Virus record (IMG/VR): IMGVR_UViG_3300035670_000140
Location: 1-64,000 of that record
Length of the DNA stretch: 64,000 nt
Direction: 5' to 3' (one strand)
From: a virus
Shown here: positions 24,935 to 36,200 of the stretch, piece after piece
How positions within the stretch are numbered: position 1 is the first letter of the stretch
Layout of the letters: each line of letters opens with the position of its first letter
Made by a program: the position numbers and the translations under genes
Notes under the pieces: model-generated
Told to the model about the DNA's origin: nothing
Database searches by the model: none
The model's input: only the letters and a program-made list of their open reading frames with translations

Positions 24935-27900
24935 ATGCCACAGAAGACAAATCTTAATGTATCTCCTTATTATGATGATTTTGACGTAAATAAAAACTTT
25001 TATAAAGTTTTATTTCGTCCTGGATATTCGATTCAAACTAGAGAACTAACTTCTCTACAATCAATTCTCCAGAATCAAATTGAAAATCATGGTAGGTTTA
25101 CTTTTAAACAAGGTCAACAAGTAATCCCTGGTGAAGTTGGTTTAAACACCAAACTTGATTACGTTAAGTTGTCTTCTGTGTCTGAGGTGGCTGTTAGTGA
25201 AAACGGTCAGGTTGTATACAAAAAATATGACATTAAACAACTAGTAGACACTCAATTACAAGGACTTAACTCTGGTGTTATTGGTCAAGTAATTGGAGCA
25301 GAATACGGTTCAGAAACTGAAGCTGATATTCTGTTTGTAAAGTACACTACTAGTGGTAATGCTAATAATGAATCCACCTTCAGACAGGGAGAAACTCTGG
25401 AGGTGGTAAATGGTATTAATACTCCATTGCTGGTTGTTGGAACCGATGGTAGCGTTCTCCCAACTAGCGTTAACGTAACCGATCCTATCACAGGAGCAGT
25501 AGCTACTATTCAAAGCCCAGCGATGGGATATGCTACTGCTGCTGAAGTACAAGAAGGTGTGTATTTTGTCAATGGATTTTTTGTTAGAAACAGAAAACAA
25601 CTTTTAATTATTGACAAATACTATAATAAAGCATCAGCAAAAGTTGGATTTGTTATCGAAGAAAACATTGTCACTCCAGAAGAAGACGCTTCTCTGTATG
25701 ATAATGCTAGAGGATTTTCCAATGCTTCTGCTCCTGGTGCTCACAGATTAAGCATTGATCTTGTTTTAAAAAGATATGATTATAATGCTACTACAGATAA
25801 AAACTTTATCCAACTTTTACAAGTTAATAAAGGTGTAGCAGAAAAGCAAGTAAGAGCAGCAGATTACACTCTTCTCGAAGAAACTTTAGCTAGAAGAACT
25901 TATGACGAATCTGGTGACTATGTAGTAGATGATTTTAATTTTGATATTAGAGAGTATTATCAGAAAAATGGAAATGGTGGATTATATAGTCTAAATTCGG
26001 AAACTGGTTTAGTCAATATCTATTCGCCAGTTGAAGCAGATAATAAAATGATTCTAGGCGTCAGTGCTGGTAAAGCATATGTCAAGGGTTATGAAATTGT
26101 AAATAAAGAAACTAAGTCTTTAGAGGTTGATAAAGGAAGAGATACTCTAACAAGAGATAACGCAACTCTAAAAACCAAAGGACTTCCAGAATTCAATATA
26201 ACCAACGTTTATGGTAGTGTACCATTGAATACCGTTGGTGATGAATTAACTGGATATCCAACAGTAACACTCAATAGTGTTTTTAATGATGGAACTATTG
26301 GATTTTCTGGATTACAACCAGCAGATTATTTTAGAACAACTGTTAATAGAAGATCACAATCGTTCCAGTTAAAGCAAGCGATTAAAACAATCTATGTTCA
26401 AGTAATTAACGAGCAACCAACACAAACTACTCAGTTACCAGATACAGTTTGGTTTGTCACAACAAGAGGAACAGGAACTGTAGAAGGAAAAAGTGCTGTA
26501 GTAATTAGTAAAGCAATTGTTAATAGACCAGAAGTTAGTGTTGTTAGCACAGCTGTATTTGCTGAATTAACAATTCTTGGTGATAAAGCAGTATTGGATA
26601 AATTTATCACAGAATATGATTCTGGAGAAACTGATTTAAGAAGATATATCTACACAACAGAATCTGGAGTAGAAACATCTACAGACCCATATGGATTCAT
26701 TGTAGATTACAATAGCAGCATTACTCCTATTGTTGGTGTTGCTAAACCAAAAAATTTAAGACTTCTAAGCAGAGGATCTGGATTTAATCCCGATACTGAT
26801 ATTGTTATTTCTAGAGGTAGAACTGGTACAAATCAACCATATAATGCTACCTTTGGATTTACATATTTTAATCCCGTTTTCTTTACCAAAATTCAATTAG
26901 AGAAAGAAATTGAAATTGGAACTTTTGAAAATGGAAAATATATCTTTGGTAGAGAAAGCAAAGCATATGGTGTTATCGAAAATGATAGCACTGGAAATTT
27001 TAGTGGTGTTTCTACACTTTTTGTAACTACCCTTTCTGGTAAATTTATTCCTGGAGAAACCATTATTGATGAAGCAAATAATGCTATCAAGATTGCTAAA
27101 GAAAATACAATTTCTCACTTCACTGTAAACAAGAGAGGTAGCAGCTACAACAGTACATCTGACATTGTAATCAATGGCGTAACTTTTGATCAATCAAAAA
27201 TTGAAGTTACATTATATGGTGGTTCTGTAGCAAAAGTTATTGTCAAGAATAGAAGTGCTGTACAAACTGTATATTCAAACCCACCTTCAGTTACATTTAC
27301 TACAGAAACTTCATCACAGTCAGATAAAGCAGTAGTAACTCCAGTTCTTTTTAAAGATACTGTTATTACTTACACACCACAGAACGTAAAATCATTTGCT
27401 TCAACTTTTAATAATTATAAGTTTACTGCTGATATTGATTTCACTTCAACATCTTATGCTACATACACTCAAATCAGTGACTTTACTTTCTTTGGATCAA
27501 AAGGTTCTAAGTATATTGAATGTAATGGATTTGGCGCTGATCTAACTGGTGAACTAGTTCAAGGAGACATCATTCAATTTACCGATGCTAATAACGATGT
27601 TATCAAGTGTATTGTTCAAAGCGTAACATCACCATCTGGTATCGAAAAATCAAGAATTTATCTTGACTACGCTCTACCAGCAAATGTTTCTAATGCTACC
27701 ATTATTAGGCTTCGTCCAAGAATTTCTAATACATCAGCAACACTAGTATTTCCAACAGGAAGTAAGCAAGTGGCGTCACTGGTTAGTGATACAAGCAATA
27801 CCAAGTTTAAGTATCACGCTAGAAAAGATTTTATCACTGATATGTCTGCTAGTGGTGGTAATATTACTTTCACTGCCCAACTTCCAGTTGGTACTCAAAA

Positions 27901-30900
27901 GTTCGTAGGATTTAATGAGGAAAATTTCTTGGTTACCGTTTTAAGCAAAGGTTCTTCAACCGTTGTCAATAATGGTGATATTGTTTATATCGATCCCAGA
28001 TACATTGAAGTTGAAGAATCTTTAGTTAGTGCCAATGAAGTAACAGCTGGCGCTCTTAGAATTAAGAATCTTCCAACAAGCTATTTTGGTACTATTTTAG
28101 ATAGCAATTATCCAACACTTAAGTTAACCGCTACTGTCGAAATTGACAAAGCGAGACCAAGATTAAAAACATCAATTACCAATAAGAGAGTTATTGTTAT
28201 TCCTAGTGGAGATAGAGTTATTCCACTTAGAGGTCAAGATTACGATTCTGATATTATCGAAACATTCTCATACTCGGATGTTTACAAATTAAGATATGTT
28301 TATGAAGGAACTACCACCAATCCTCCAGTTGTAGATAATGCTGGAAACCTAGTTAGTGGTACTGATGTAACATACAAGTATAATTTTGATGATGGACAAA
28401 GAGACACATATTATGATGTTTCTAGAATTGTTTTAAAACCAGGATTCGATGCTCCATCTGGACAACTAGTAATTGCTTTTGATTATTTCGAGCATTCTCA
28501 AGGAGATTTCTGTACAGTAGATTCTTATCTACATGAAGCAGGAGTTCCAGCAGAAGAGATTCCATTATTCAACTCATCGGTGAATGGAATTATTTCTTTG
28601 AGAGATTGTATTGATTTCAGACCAAAGGTAGATGGTAATTCAACTATTACTGGTTTCCAAGATCAATCTATTGTGTCACTATTTGATACAACAGATTATG
28701 TGACATTTGTGGGAACAGGTGGTATTCCTACATTGACACCAGCTCCAGATTTTAATCTGCCATTTACTATGACATTTAGTGAAAAGCAGTATTTGGATCG
28801 TATTGATGGATTATTCCTCACAAAGAAAGGTGAGTTTATTGTAAAAAAAGGAAACTCTTCTCTCAATCCATCAAAACCAGAATCAGTTGATGATGCTGTA
28901 GCTCTATGCTATCTACATATTCCTGCTTATACTAAGAGCAGCAAAGATGTACGTATTATTCCTGTGGATAATCGTAGATACACAATGAGGGATATTGGTA
29001 AACTTGAGAAGCGTATTGAACGTCTTGAGTATTACACAACACTCAGCATTCTTGAACAGCAAGCACTAAACATGCAAGTAAAGAATGAGATTGGTTTGGA
29101 TAGATTCAAGAGTGGTTTCTTAGTTGATAATTTTGAAACACATAAAGTAGGAAATCTTAAGTCAGTTGATTATAAGTGTGCTATTGATACCCAACAATCT
29201 GTATTAAGACCTCAGGCAAAAGAAGATAGTTTTGCTTTAAAAGAAATTAATACTAGAGAAGATCAAAGAGTTGTTGCTGGATATAGAGTAAATGATAATG
29301 TAGTGACATTGCCATTTACAAATGTTGTTCTATTGAGCAACCAAAATGCCACAACTACTATTAATCCAAATCCATTTGTTGTCATCCAATATGTTGGAGA
29401 ATCTATTATTTCTCCACAGCAAGATTCTTGGTATGATCAATCAGTTGCTCCTTTAGTTGTAGACTCCAATACAAAGATTAATTCTATTTTCTTGGCTAAG
29501 CAAGATAGCAATATTCAAGATGCTTATTCAAGTATCTATAATTCATTTATCGTAAACTGGGTTGGCATCAATCAGGTATTTGGAAATATTGAATCGTTTG
29601 CTAATATAAACAGTGAAGATATCGAATCAACTGTACAGTCTGCTTCGGTAGCTAGTTCTTCAAATGTAAGTCCACAAAATAACGAAGTTGGTAAAGGCAT
29701 AGCAACAAAAACAATTGATGAGAAGAAAGTTGCTAGTTCTATTCAATTCTTTGCTAGATCAACACCAGTTAAGTTTATCATTAATAGACTAAAACCAAAT
29801 ACAAAAGTTTATGTCTTTATGGAAGGCAGAGACATTAATTCGTGGATCATTCCTGATACAAGATTTACTGGCGTTGCTGCTAATAGTCTATCTACATTTG
29901 GTTCTTCTTTAGTTACTGATTCAAATGGTAACCTCAGTGGTTTAATTTTGATTCCTGCTGGATTACCTCCAGTTCCAAATAGTCCTTGGACTGGTAATGT
30001 AGATACTGTAAATTATGATGAAGGTAAAGAAGAAGTAAGATTTACTACTGGCGTCAAGACAATTAGATTTACTTCAAGTTCTACTGATGAGACTAAAGAT
30101 AATGTTGATACATATGCTGAAGTTAAGTTCTATGCTACTGGTTTGATTCCAGCAAATCCACCTAGCATCACTTCAACATCAGCTGCTTTCTTCAAGTCAA
30201 ATGAAGGTGTACAGTTAGTTGACAGTAATACAGATAATCCAGTTAAACCAAACCCACTTGCTCAAACATTCAAGGTTGAAAACTTTGAAGGTGGTGTTAT
30301 GGTCACTGGAGTCGATCTTTTCTTTAAGAAAAAGAGTTCAAATATTCCTATTAGAGCATACTTAACAGACACTGTTTCTGGAAAGCCTGGTAAGAATATT
30401 ATTCCTGGCACTCAAATTTCCCTAACACCAGAAACATACTTAAGAGTATATGTTACTGGTGAAAGCGAAACAATTACACTGTCAAGGGGCGAATTAGTTA
30501 CTGGAAAGAACTCAAATGCTTCTGGCCCAATTGATAAAGTTTTTGATGGTAATAATGTTAGAGTTGGTGATGATTCTAGCACAACATTTACATTAAACAA
30601 AGAGCAAGTATATACTCTTGTTTTAAACAACCACAATGGCAATTCTTTCTTGGCAAATGAACTGCTCACTATTCAATCAGTAACCACATTCAATGCTACC
30701 AATAACACCAACGTTGGTGTCTTTATTGCTAAAGACTCTGGCAAAGTTGTTGATTTGAGAATTTCCAGTGTTGGTAGCAATTACGAAACAGCATCTATTA
30801 CAATCGAAAGTCCACAGCTACCAGGAGGATCTGCTGCTACTGGATCTATCAATGTCTCTGGAGGAAAGGTCTACAACGCCGAGATATCGCTCTCTGGTCG

Positions 30901-33016
30901 TGGTTATACAGAACCGCCATCAGTAGTCATCAAAGGCGTTGGAACAGGCGCTGCTGGCGCTGTGATCGAGTCTGTGCTTGAGATAGATACTCCTGCTGTA
31001 AGAATGGGTGTTGCTACCGATGTAGAAGGTGTAATTGAGTCAACTACTCCAACTAGATTTAATTTCAGACATCCAGTTTACCTACAGAATAATTCAGAAT
31101 ATGCTTTAGCAATCGAAACTGATTCGATTGAGTATGAACTATGGACATCAAAATTAGGCGAGATCGAGATTTCCACTAGCAATGTTGTTACTACTCAACC
31201 TGGATTGGGTTCTGTTTATAAGTCACAAAATACAGATAACTGGACTGAAGACTTATTTGAAGATATTAAGTTTACTTTATATCGTGCTGAGTTTGATATC
31301 AGCAAAGAAGCTGAATTAGAAGTTACCAATGAAAATCTTGGTTATGAACTCTTGAATATTTCCCCATTCGAGACCAGTGTTCGTTCAGCAACAAATGCTA
31401 CTTCACCATTGTTCAAGAACAATAATTCTATTATCAAAGTCAACCACAGAGATAATGGATTTGAAGATTCTGGTAAGTCTTATGTATTCTTTAGAAATGC
31501 TGAAGATATTGGTGGTATCTCAAATGTTATTCTCAACGGAACTCTTTTTAAAGTAACTAATGGTGGTATTGATTTTTATAATATTGCTTCGCCAAATAAT
31601 GCTGGATCTAGTGTTCTTGGTGGAGGAAGCAAAGTCTTAGCTTCATATAACAGAAAGTATGAAAAACTATATGCTCAAGTTCCATATCTACAACTAGATG
31701 GCACAAAGATTGATTCGTTTGTTTATACAACAAATGTAGTTCCTGTAGATTCCAAAACTACAAATTATACTTCATATTCTGTAGAAGATTATGAAAAAAC
31801 ATTTTTGAATGAAGAGCACTTCTTTACAAATCAAAAAATGATTGCTTCAAGAATTAACCAAACAATTAATGGTTTACAAAATTCATTGAAGTATAAGTTC
31901 AGACTATCATCAACAAATTCAACTTTATCACCAGTAATTGATTTAAGAACTGCTACCGTAAAGACAGTTACAAACAGAGTTGAGAATGCTACTGGTTATG
32001 AAAATCGTTACGGAAAGAGAGATCAAATTTTAACATTCCAACCACTTTATATCTTAACTCTATCTGTAAGCGGTTCTAATGCTGCTCAAGTTGATGAGAA
32101 TAAGAGTTTAGTCGGTAGCTTGTCTAAGGCAGAGGGATTTATTACAAACTATGCTAATAATGATGCTACCATTAGACTAAGAACACAAACTCCATTCCAG
32201 CAAGGAGAATCGCTAAGTCTATATGATGAGCAAGGTGTTTTGATTGAATCTGTAGCAATCCAGATTACAGCAATTCAAGAAATTGAGTTTAATTTCAGCA
32301 AGGGATCAAACGTCATTGCTTATTACCCACAAGACACCGATGTTAATTATTCCAATAAGATTAACGGTAAAGTAGTTCTGTGGGATGCTGAAGATAAGAT
32401 TCTTATTATTGAGAATTCTTATTCTCCGATTAATAATAATTATACAGCTACGACTACTAGTGATGTAGTTTATGCCAGAGATCCTGAAGCGGCAGAACAG
32501 CAACCAGATATCTTTAGGGTTGGCGATGTTGTTCAATCAACTGGAGATGATGATCCTATTTTTGTTGAAATTAATACAATGGACTTTACTACTGGCATTG
32601 ATTATGTTTCAGAAACAGACGCTTCAAATAGTTCTTCTGTTGCTAAGTATGTAACTAAAGAAATTTCAATCAATAATCCAGGAACTTCAATTGATGTAAG
32701 AACTACTGTAAATCTAACTGATGTAAAAAACATTAAAGTATTCTATAAGATTAGAGAAGCATCCAGTGCTGTAAACTTTGAAGATATTAACTGGGTTCCA
32801 TTTAATGTAGATGGAAATCCAAATAATGATGATTTGGCAACACCTACCAATTCAATTTCTGGTCAGTTTGAAAAGCAATCTGATTACCAAGAACTAATTT
32901 ATAACGTTTCAAATCTTCCTCAGTTTACTTCTTTTGCTGTTAAGATTATCATGAAAACAGATAATCCTTCATATGTTCCAAAAATCCAAGATCTTCGTGC
33001 TGTAGCTTCATACTAA
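24935..33016 (+). CDS. Large virion structural protein (DUF4815/VrlC-like)
   Basis: MPQKTNLNVSPYYDDF...KVLFRPG..IQTRELT; RRYTMRDIGKLEKRIERLEYYT. Confidence 0.85.
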   Translation: MPQKTNLNVSPYYDDFDVNKNFYKVLFRPGYSIQTRELTSLQSILQNQIENHGRFTFKQGQQVIPGEVGLNTKLDYVKLSSVSEVAVSENGQVVYKKYDIKQLVDTQLQGLNSGVIGQVIGAEYGSETEADILFVKYTTSGNANNESTFRQGETLEVVNGINTPLLVVGTDGSVLPTSVNVTDPITGAVATIQSPAMGYATAAEVQEGVYFVNGFFVRNRKQLLIIDKYYNKASAKVGFVIEENIVTPEEDASLYDNARGFSNASAPGAHRLSIDLVLKRYDYNATTDKNFIQLLQVNKGVAEKQVRAADYTLLEETLARRTYDESGDYVVDDFNFDIREYYQKNGNGGLYSLNSETGLVNIYSPVEADNKMILGVSAGKAYVKGYEIVNKETKSLEVDKGRDTLTRDNATLKTKGLPEFNITNVYGSVPLNTVGDELTGYPTVTLNSVFNDGTIGFSGLQPADYFRTTVNRRSQSFQLKQAIKTIYVQVINEQPTQTTQLPDTVWFVTTRGTGTVEGKSAVVISKAIVNRPEVSVVSTAVFAELTILGDKAVLDKFITEYDSGETDLRRYIYTTESGVETSTDPYGFIVDYNSSITPIVGVAKPKNLRLLSRGSGFNPDTDIVISRGRTGTNQPYNATFGFTYFNPVFFTKIQLEKEIEIGTFENGKYIFGRESKAYGVIENDSTGNFSGVSTLFVTTLSGKFIPGETIIDEANNAIKIAKENTISHFTVNKRGSSYNSTSDIVINGVTFDQSKIEVTLYGGSVAKVIVKNRSAVQTVYSNPPSVTFTTETSSQSDKAVVTPVLFKDTVITYTPQNVKSFASTFNNYKFTADIDFTSTSYATYTQISDFTFFGSKGSKYIECNGFGADLTGELVQGDIIQFTDANNDVIKCIVQSVTSPSGIEKSRIYLDYALPANVSNATIIRLRPRISNTSATLVFPTGSKQVASLVSDTSNTKFKYHARKDFITDMSASGGNITFTAQLPVGTQKFVGFNEENFLVTVLSKGSSTVVNNGDIVYIDPRYIEVEESLVSANEVTAGALRIKNLPTSYFGTILDSNYPTLKLTATVEIDKARPRLKTSITNKRVIVIPSGDRVIPLRGQDYDSDIIETFSYSDVYKLRYVYEGTTTNPPVVDNAGNLVSGTDVTYKYNFDDGQRDTYYDVSRIVLKPGFDAPSGQLVIAFDYFEHSQGDFCTVDSYLHEAGVPAEEIPLFNSSVNGIISLRDCIDFRPKVDGNSTITGFQDQSIVSLFDTTDYVTFVGTGGIPTLTPAPDFNLPFTMTFSEKQYLDRIDGLFLTKKGEFIVKKGNSSLNPSKPESVDDAVALCYLHIPAYTKSSKDVRIIPVDNRRYTMRDIGKLEKRIERLEYYTTLSILEQQALNMQVKNEIGLDRFKSGFLVDNFETHKVGNLKSVDYKCAIDTQQSVLRPQAKEDSFALKEINTREDQRVVAGYRVNDNVVTLPFTNVVLLSNQNATTTINPNPFVVIQYVGESIISPQQDSWYDQSVAPLVVDSNTKINSIFLAKQDSNIQDAYSSIYNSFIVNWVGINQVFGNIESFANINSEDIESTVQSASVASSSNVSPQNNEVGKGIATKTIDEKKVASSIQFFARSTPVKFIINRLKPNTKVYVFMEGRDINSWIIPDTRFTGVAANSLSTFGSSLVTDSNGNLSGLILIPAGLPPVPNSPWTGNVDTVNYDEGKEEVRFTTGVKTIRFTSSSTDETKDNVDTYAEVKFYATGLIPANPPSITSTSAAFFKSNEGVQLVDSNTDNPVKPNPLAQTFKVENFEGGVMVTGVDLFFKKKSSNIPIRAYLTDTVSGKPGKNIIPGTQISLTPETYLRVYVTGESETITLSRGELVTGKNSNASGPIDKVFDGNNVRVGDDSSTTFTLNKEQVYTLVLNNHNGNSFLANELLTIQSVTTFNATNNTNVGVFIAKDSGKVVDLRISSVGSNYETASITIESPQLPGGSAATGSINVSGGKVYNAEISLSGRGYTEPPSVVIKGVGTGAAGAVIESVLEIDTPAVRMGVATDVEGVIESTTPTRFNFRHPVYLQNNSEYALAIETDSIEYELWTSKLGEIEISTSNVVTTQPGLGSVYKSQNTDNWTEDLFEDIKFTLYRAEFDISKEAELEVTNENLGYELLNISPFETSVRSATNATSPLFKNNNSIIKVNHRDNGFEDSGKSYVFFRNAEDIGGISNVILNGTLFKVTNGGIDFYNIASPNNAGSSVLGGGSKVLASYNRKYEKLYAQVPYLQLDGTKIDSFVYTTNVVPVDSKTTNYTSYSVEDYEKTFLNEEHFFTNQKMIASRINQTINGLQNSLKYKFRLSSTNSTLSPVIDLRTATVKTVTNRVENATGYENRYGKRDQILTFQPLYILTLSVSGSNAAQVDENKSLVGSLSKAEGFITNYANNDATIRLRTQTPFQQGESLSLYDEQGVLIESVAIQITAIQEIEFNFSKGSNVIAYYPQDTDVNYSNKINGKVVLWDAEDKILIIENSYSPINNNYTATTTSDVVYARDPEAAEQQPDIFRVGDVVQSTGDDDPIFVEINTMDFTTGIDYVSETDASNSSSVAKYVTKEISINNPGTSIDVRTTVNLTDVKNIKVFYKIREASSAVNFEDINWVPFNVDGNPNNDDLATPTNSISGQFEKQSDYQELIYNVSNLPQFTSFAVKIIMKTDNPSYVPKIQDLRAVASY

Positions 33017-33219
33017 TGAATAGATATCTAAAAGTCGAGGGACATGAAAATCTGGTTCGTGATGTTAATACTGGAGCGATTATTAATAGAGAAAAGCACG
33101 TTTCTAAAAATTTTACCAACACATTTAATAATGTACTTCACGACATAAATACTTTGAAGGAAGAAATATCTGAAATTAAACAGCTTCTTAGAGAGATAGT
33201 AAGAAATGGCAGTTCTTAG
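33016..33219 (+). CDS. Small coiled-coil protein
   Basis: KVEGHENLVRDVNTGAIIN; coupled to both neighbours. Confidence 0.8.
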   Translation: MNRYLKVEGHENLVRDVNTGAIINREKHVSKNFTNTFNNVLHDINTLKEEISEIKQLLREIVRNGSS

Positions 33220-36200
33220 ATCAGTTGCTAAAACAGACACCTTTGAGATTCAAAGGCAAAAAATTAATTTAATCGCTCAAGATGTATATGATGTACAAAC
33301 CACTGTGGGTGAAGGTGGTTTTAGTTTAAGTAATGGTTCTGTAACTTCTCCTTCCTTATTTTTTACTAATCAACCTTCGGTTGGCATATATAAAGGTATT
33401 GGAAAATCATTAAATTTAGCTTCCAACGGGAAAGGTATTGTTTCTTTTGAAGAAGATTTTATAACTGCCTTTCAAGATATAAGATCCTTAATTTCTTCTA
33501 TTCCAACTGGAACTTCTGGAGTTACAATTTCGAATAGCGGTTCAAATTATAATTCTGGAACATATACTAACGTGCCTCTAACAGGGGGGTCTGGAAATTC
33601 TGCTTACTCCACAGTAACAGTGTCTCCAATGAATGGTTCTGTTACTTCTGATGGAATTAGATATGTTGGTGGTACTTATACCAATGTTCCTTTAACTGGC
33701 GGCAGCGGTTCTGGAGCTCAGGCTACAATAGTTGTATCTCCTTTTGGGGGTAATGTATCAAATCAAGGTTCTGGTGGTTCTACAACATCGACTTTTACAA
33801 ATGTTGCTTTAACTGGCGGCGGCGGTTCTGGTTTATTGGCAACTGTAGTAACATCACAGTTGCCTGGAGGATCGATCGTAGTTTCATCTGTTACTATTAC
33901 TAATTTTGGATCTGGAACATATGCTGTAGGAAATATTTTATCTGCTAGTTCTGGATCAATTGGTGGTGTTACGGGTTTTCAATACACACTTACAGGAGTT
34001 GGTGAAGTTTCTTCCGTGACCATCACAAATGGTGGATCTGGATATATTGCTGGAGATATTTTATCAGCCTCATCAGCAAATTTGGGTGGTTCGGGAACTG
34101 GATTTCAATACACTGTAAATAAATTAAATTTTGTTTCCTCTGTTGAAATCACAAATGGTGGCGATGGATATGTAACTGGAGATGTATTATCTGTTCGTAA
34201 TTACGAACTATATCCAACAGTAATTAAATACGTAAAATTAGAAGCTACTCAGTTATTATCTTTTTCTGGAACTTATCCAACATCTGGATTTGCTGTCAAT
34301 TCCAATTTAACTTTTAATGGACAAACAAGAAGAATTGTAAAAGTTTTTACATCTGGACCAGACATAACAGCAGTTAGTGTAGATGCTACATCAGGTTCGA
34401 TACCATTTCCAGGAGCTGGTCAAACTGCCACATCTGGAGGTCAATCAGCTACTGTTTCTTCATCGTCATCAGCATTAAATTATTATTTTTCAGATACAGA
34501 AAATCCAAATAACGCTTCAGATTGGACAAATATACCAGATTTTACTTTCAGAAGAAATGAAAGATATTTGTTTATTCAAAAAGCTTCTTCAAATAATACA
34601 CATCCACTAAGATTCAGTATCACCAGAGATGGTTTCCACACTTCTGGTGGGGTAACATATAATGGTTCTGAAGTTAACTATGATTATGTTTTTCCAGGGG
34701 CAATTTACACAATAGAAATTATTCCTGATAGTAATACTCCATCTACTTTATATTATTTTTGTGGAGAAGGAATCACAGATCCATTTAATAATCATTTAGA
34801 TGAAGGAGGATTTGATAATAAAGAAGGTGTTATTACAGTAAGTGGATCTATAACTCCAAGTTTGGGTAGTGGTTTCCAATTAGTGTTGGGAAATATAACC
34901 GAAGAACAAAATGTTTTAATTGAAAGAACTGGAAACACTTCCATCAAAGATTTGACAGCTACTACAGGTTTGTTTTCACAAAATCTAACATGTCAACAAA
35001 ATTTTTCTTTATCTGGTGATTTAACAATAGGTGTAACTAAGTTAACAGTAGATTCTTCTACTGGAGATACTTATATTGACGGAGATTTAGAAGTAAACGG
35101 AGAATTAAACTTCTTAAACGATGCTTCTTTGGGAGGTACTCTATATATTGATTCTATAAACAATAGAGTTTCTATCAATAGAGATCCAGATACAACACCA
35201 CTAACATATGATTTGGAAATAGATGGATCATTATATAATTCTGACAATTCTGTTTTTTCTGCTCAATCTGGTACGTATACAAGAATTGGTAGTGGATTAT
35301 CTGGAACAGAAAAATTACAGGTAGGTGGTTCTATATATTCTTCGGAAAAGTTTTTGGGTTCAACTGCTGCTACATTACAAAATCCTCAATATAGTTTTTC
35401 TGCTAATACGAGACACGGAATACATTTTAATGATGTAGATAAAGAAACCTCCATAGTGTCTAGTAACGGAAAGTTACTTGGATTCAAATCGAATCAAATT
35501 GATTTTTATAGAAATACAAATTTTAATGTTACAGAAATTACTGAAATTAATTTGAATGGTGGATCTGGTTACACTGATGGAACTTATAATGGAATATTAT
35601 TAACTGGCGGAACTGGAAATGGCGCGGCCGCCAATGTTATCGTGGCGTTTTCATTGCCCATTGGATCTATATCAACAGTTAATAATATTTCGGCAGCCGA
35701 TCCATTAAAAGATGTTGGAATTTATACAGTTTATCAGGGAGATTATACCACCATTGGCGATGGCGAATATGCCGTATTTGAAATTACAATAGATGGTACT
35801 GGTGCTGCTTCTGTAGTAATAATTGAGGGTGGTAGAAAATTTTCTATTGGTGATACTGTTACAGTTCCAGGAAATGTATTTACTAGTTTAAATATCCTCC
35901 AATCTCCACAAGATGTCACATTTACCGTAAATTCATTAACTTCAAATCCAGGAGCTGGTTACACGGATGCTACATATGAAAATGTACCTTTAACTGGGGG
36001 TTCTGGAACTGGAGCATTTGCTACAATTGTTGTAGAATCTGGTGTTGTAACTGAAGCAATCGTCACTAATGCTGGAACGGGATATGTGGTTGGCAATACG
36101 TTATCATTTTCACACACGTCTCTACAAGCGATAGTCAATGGTTCTCCAATAACTTCAGTATCTCCGACTACGACAGCTTCATTAAAAATCGAAAAATTAG

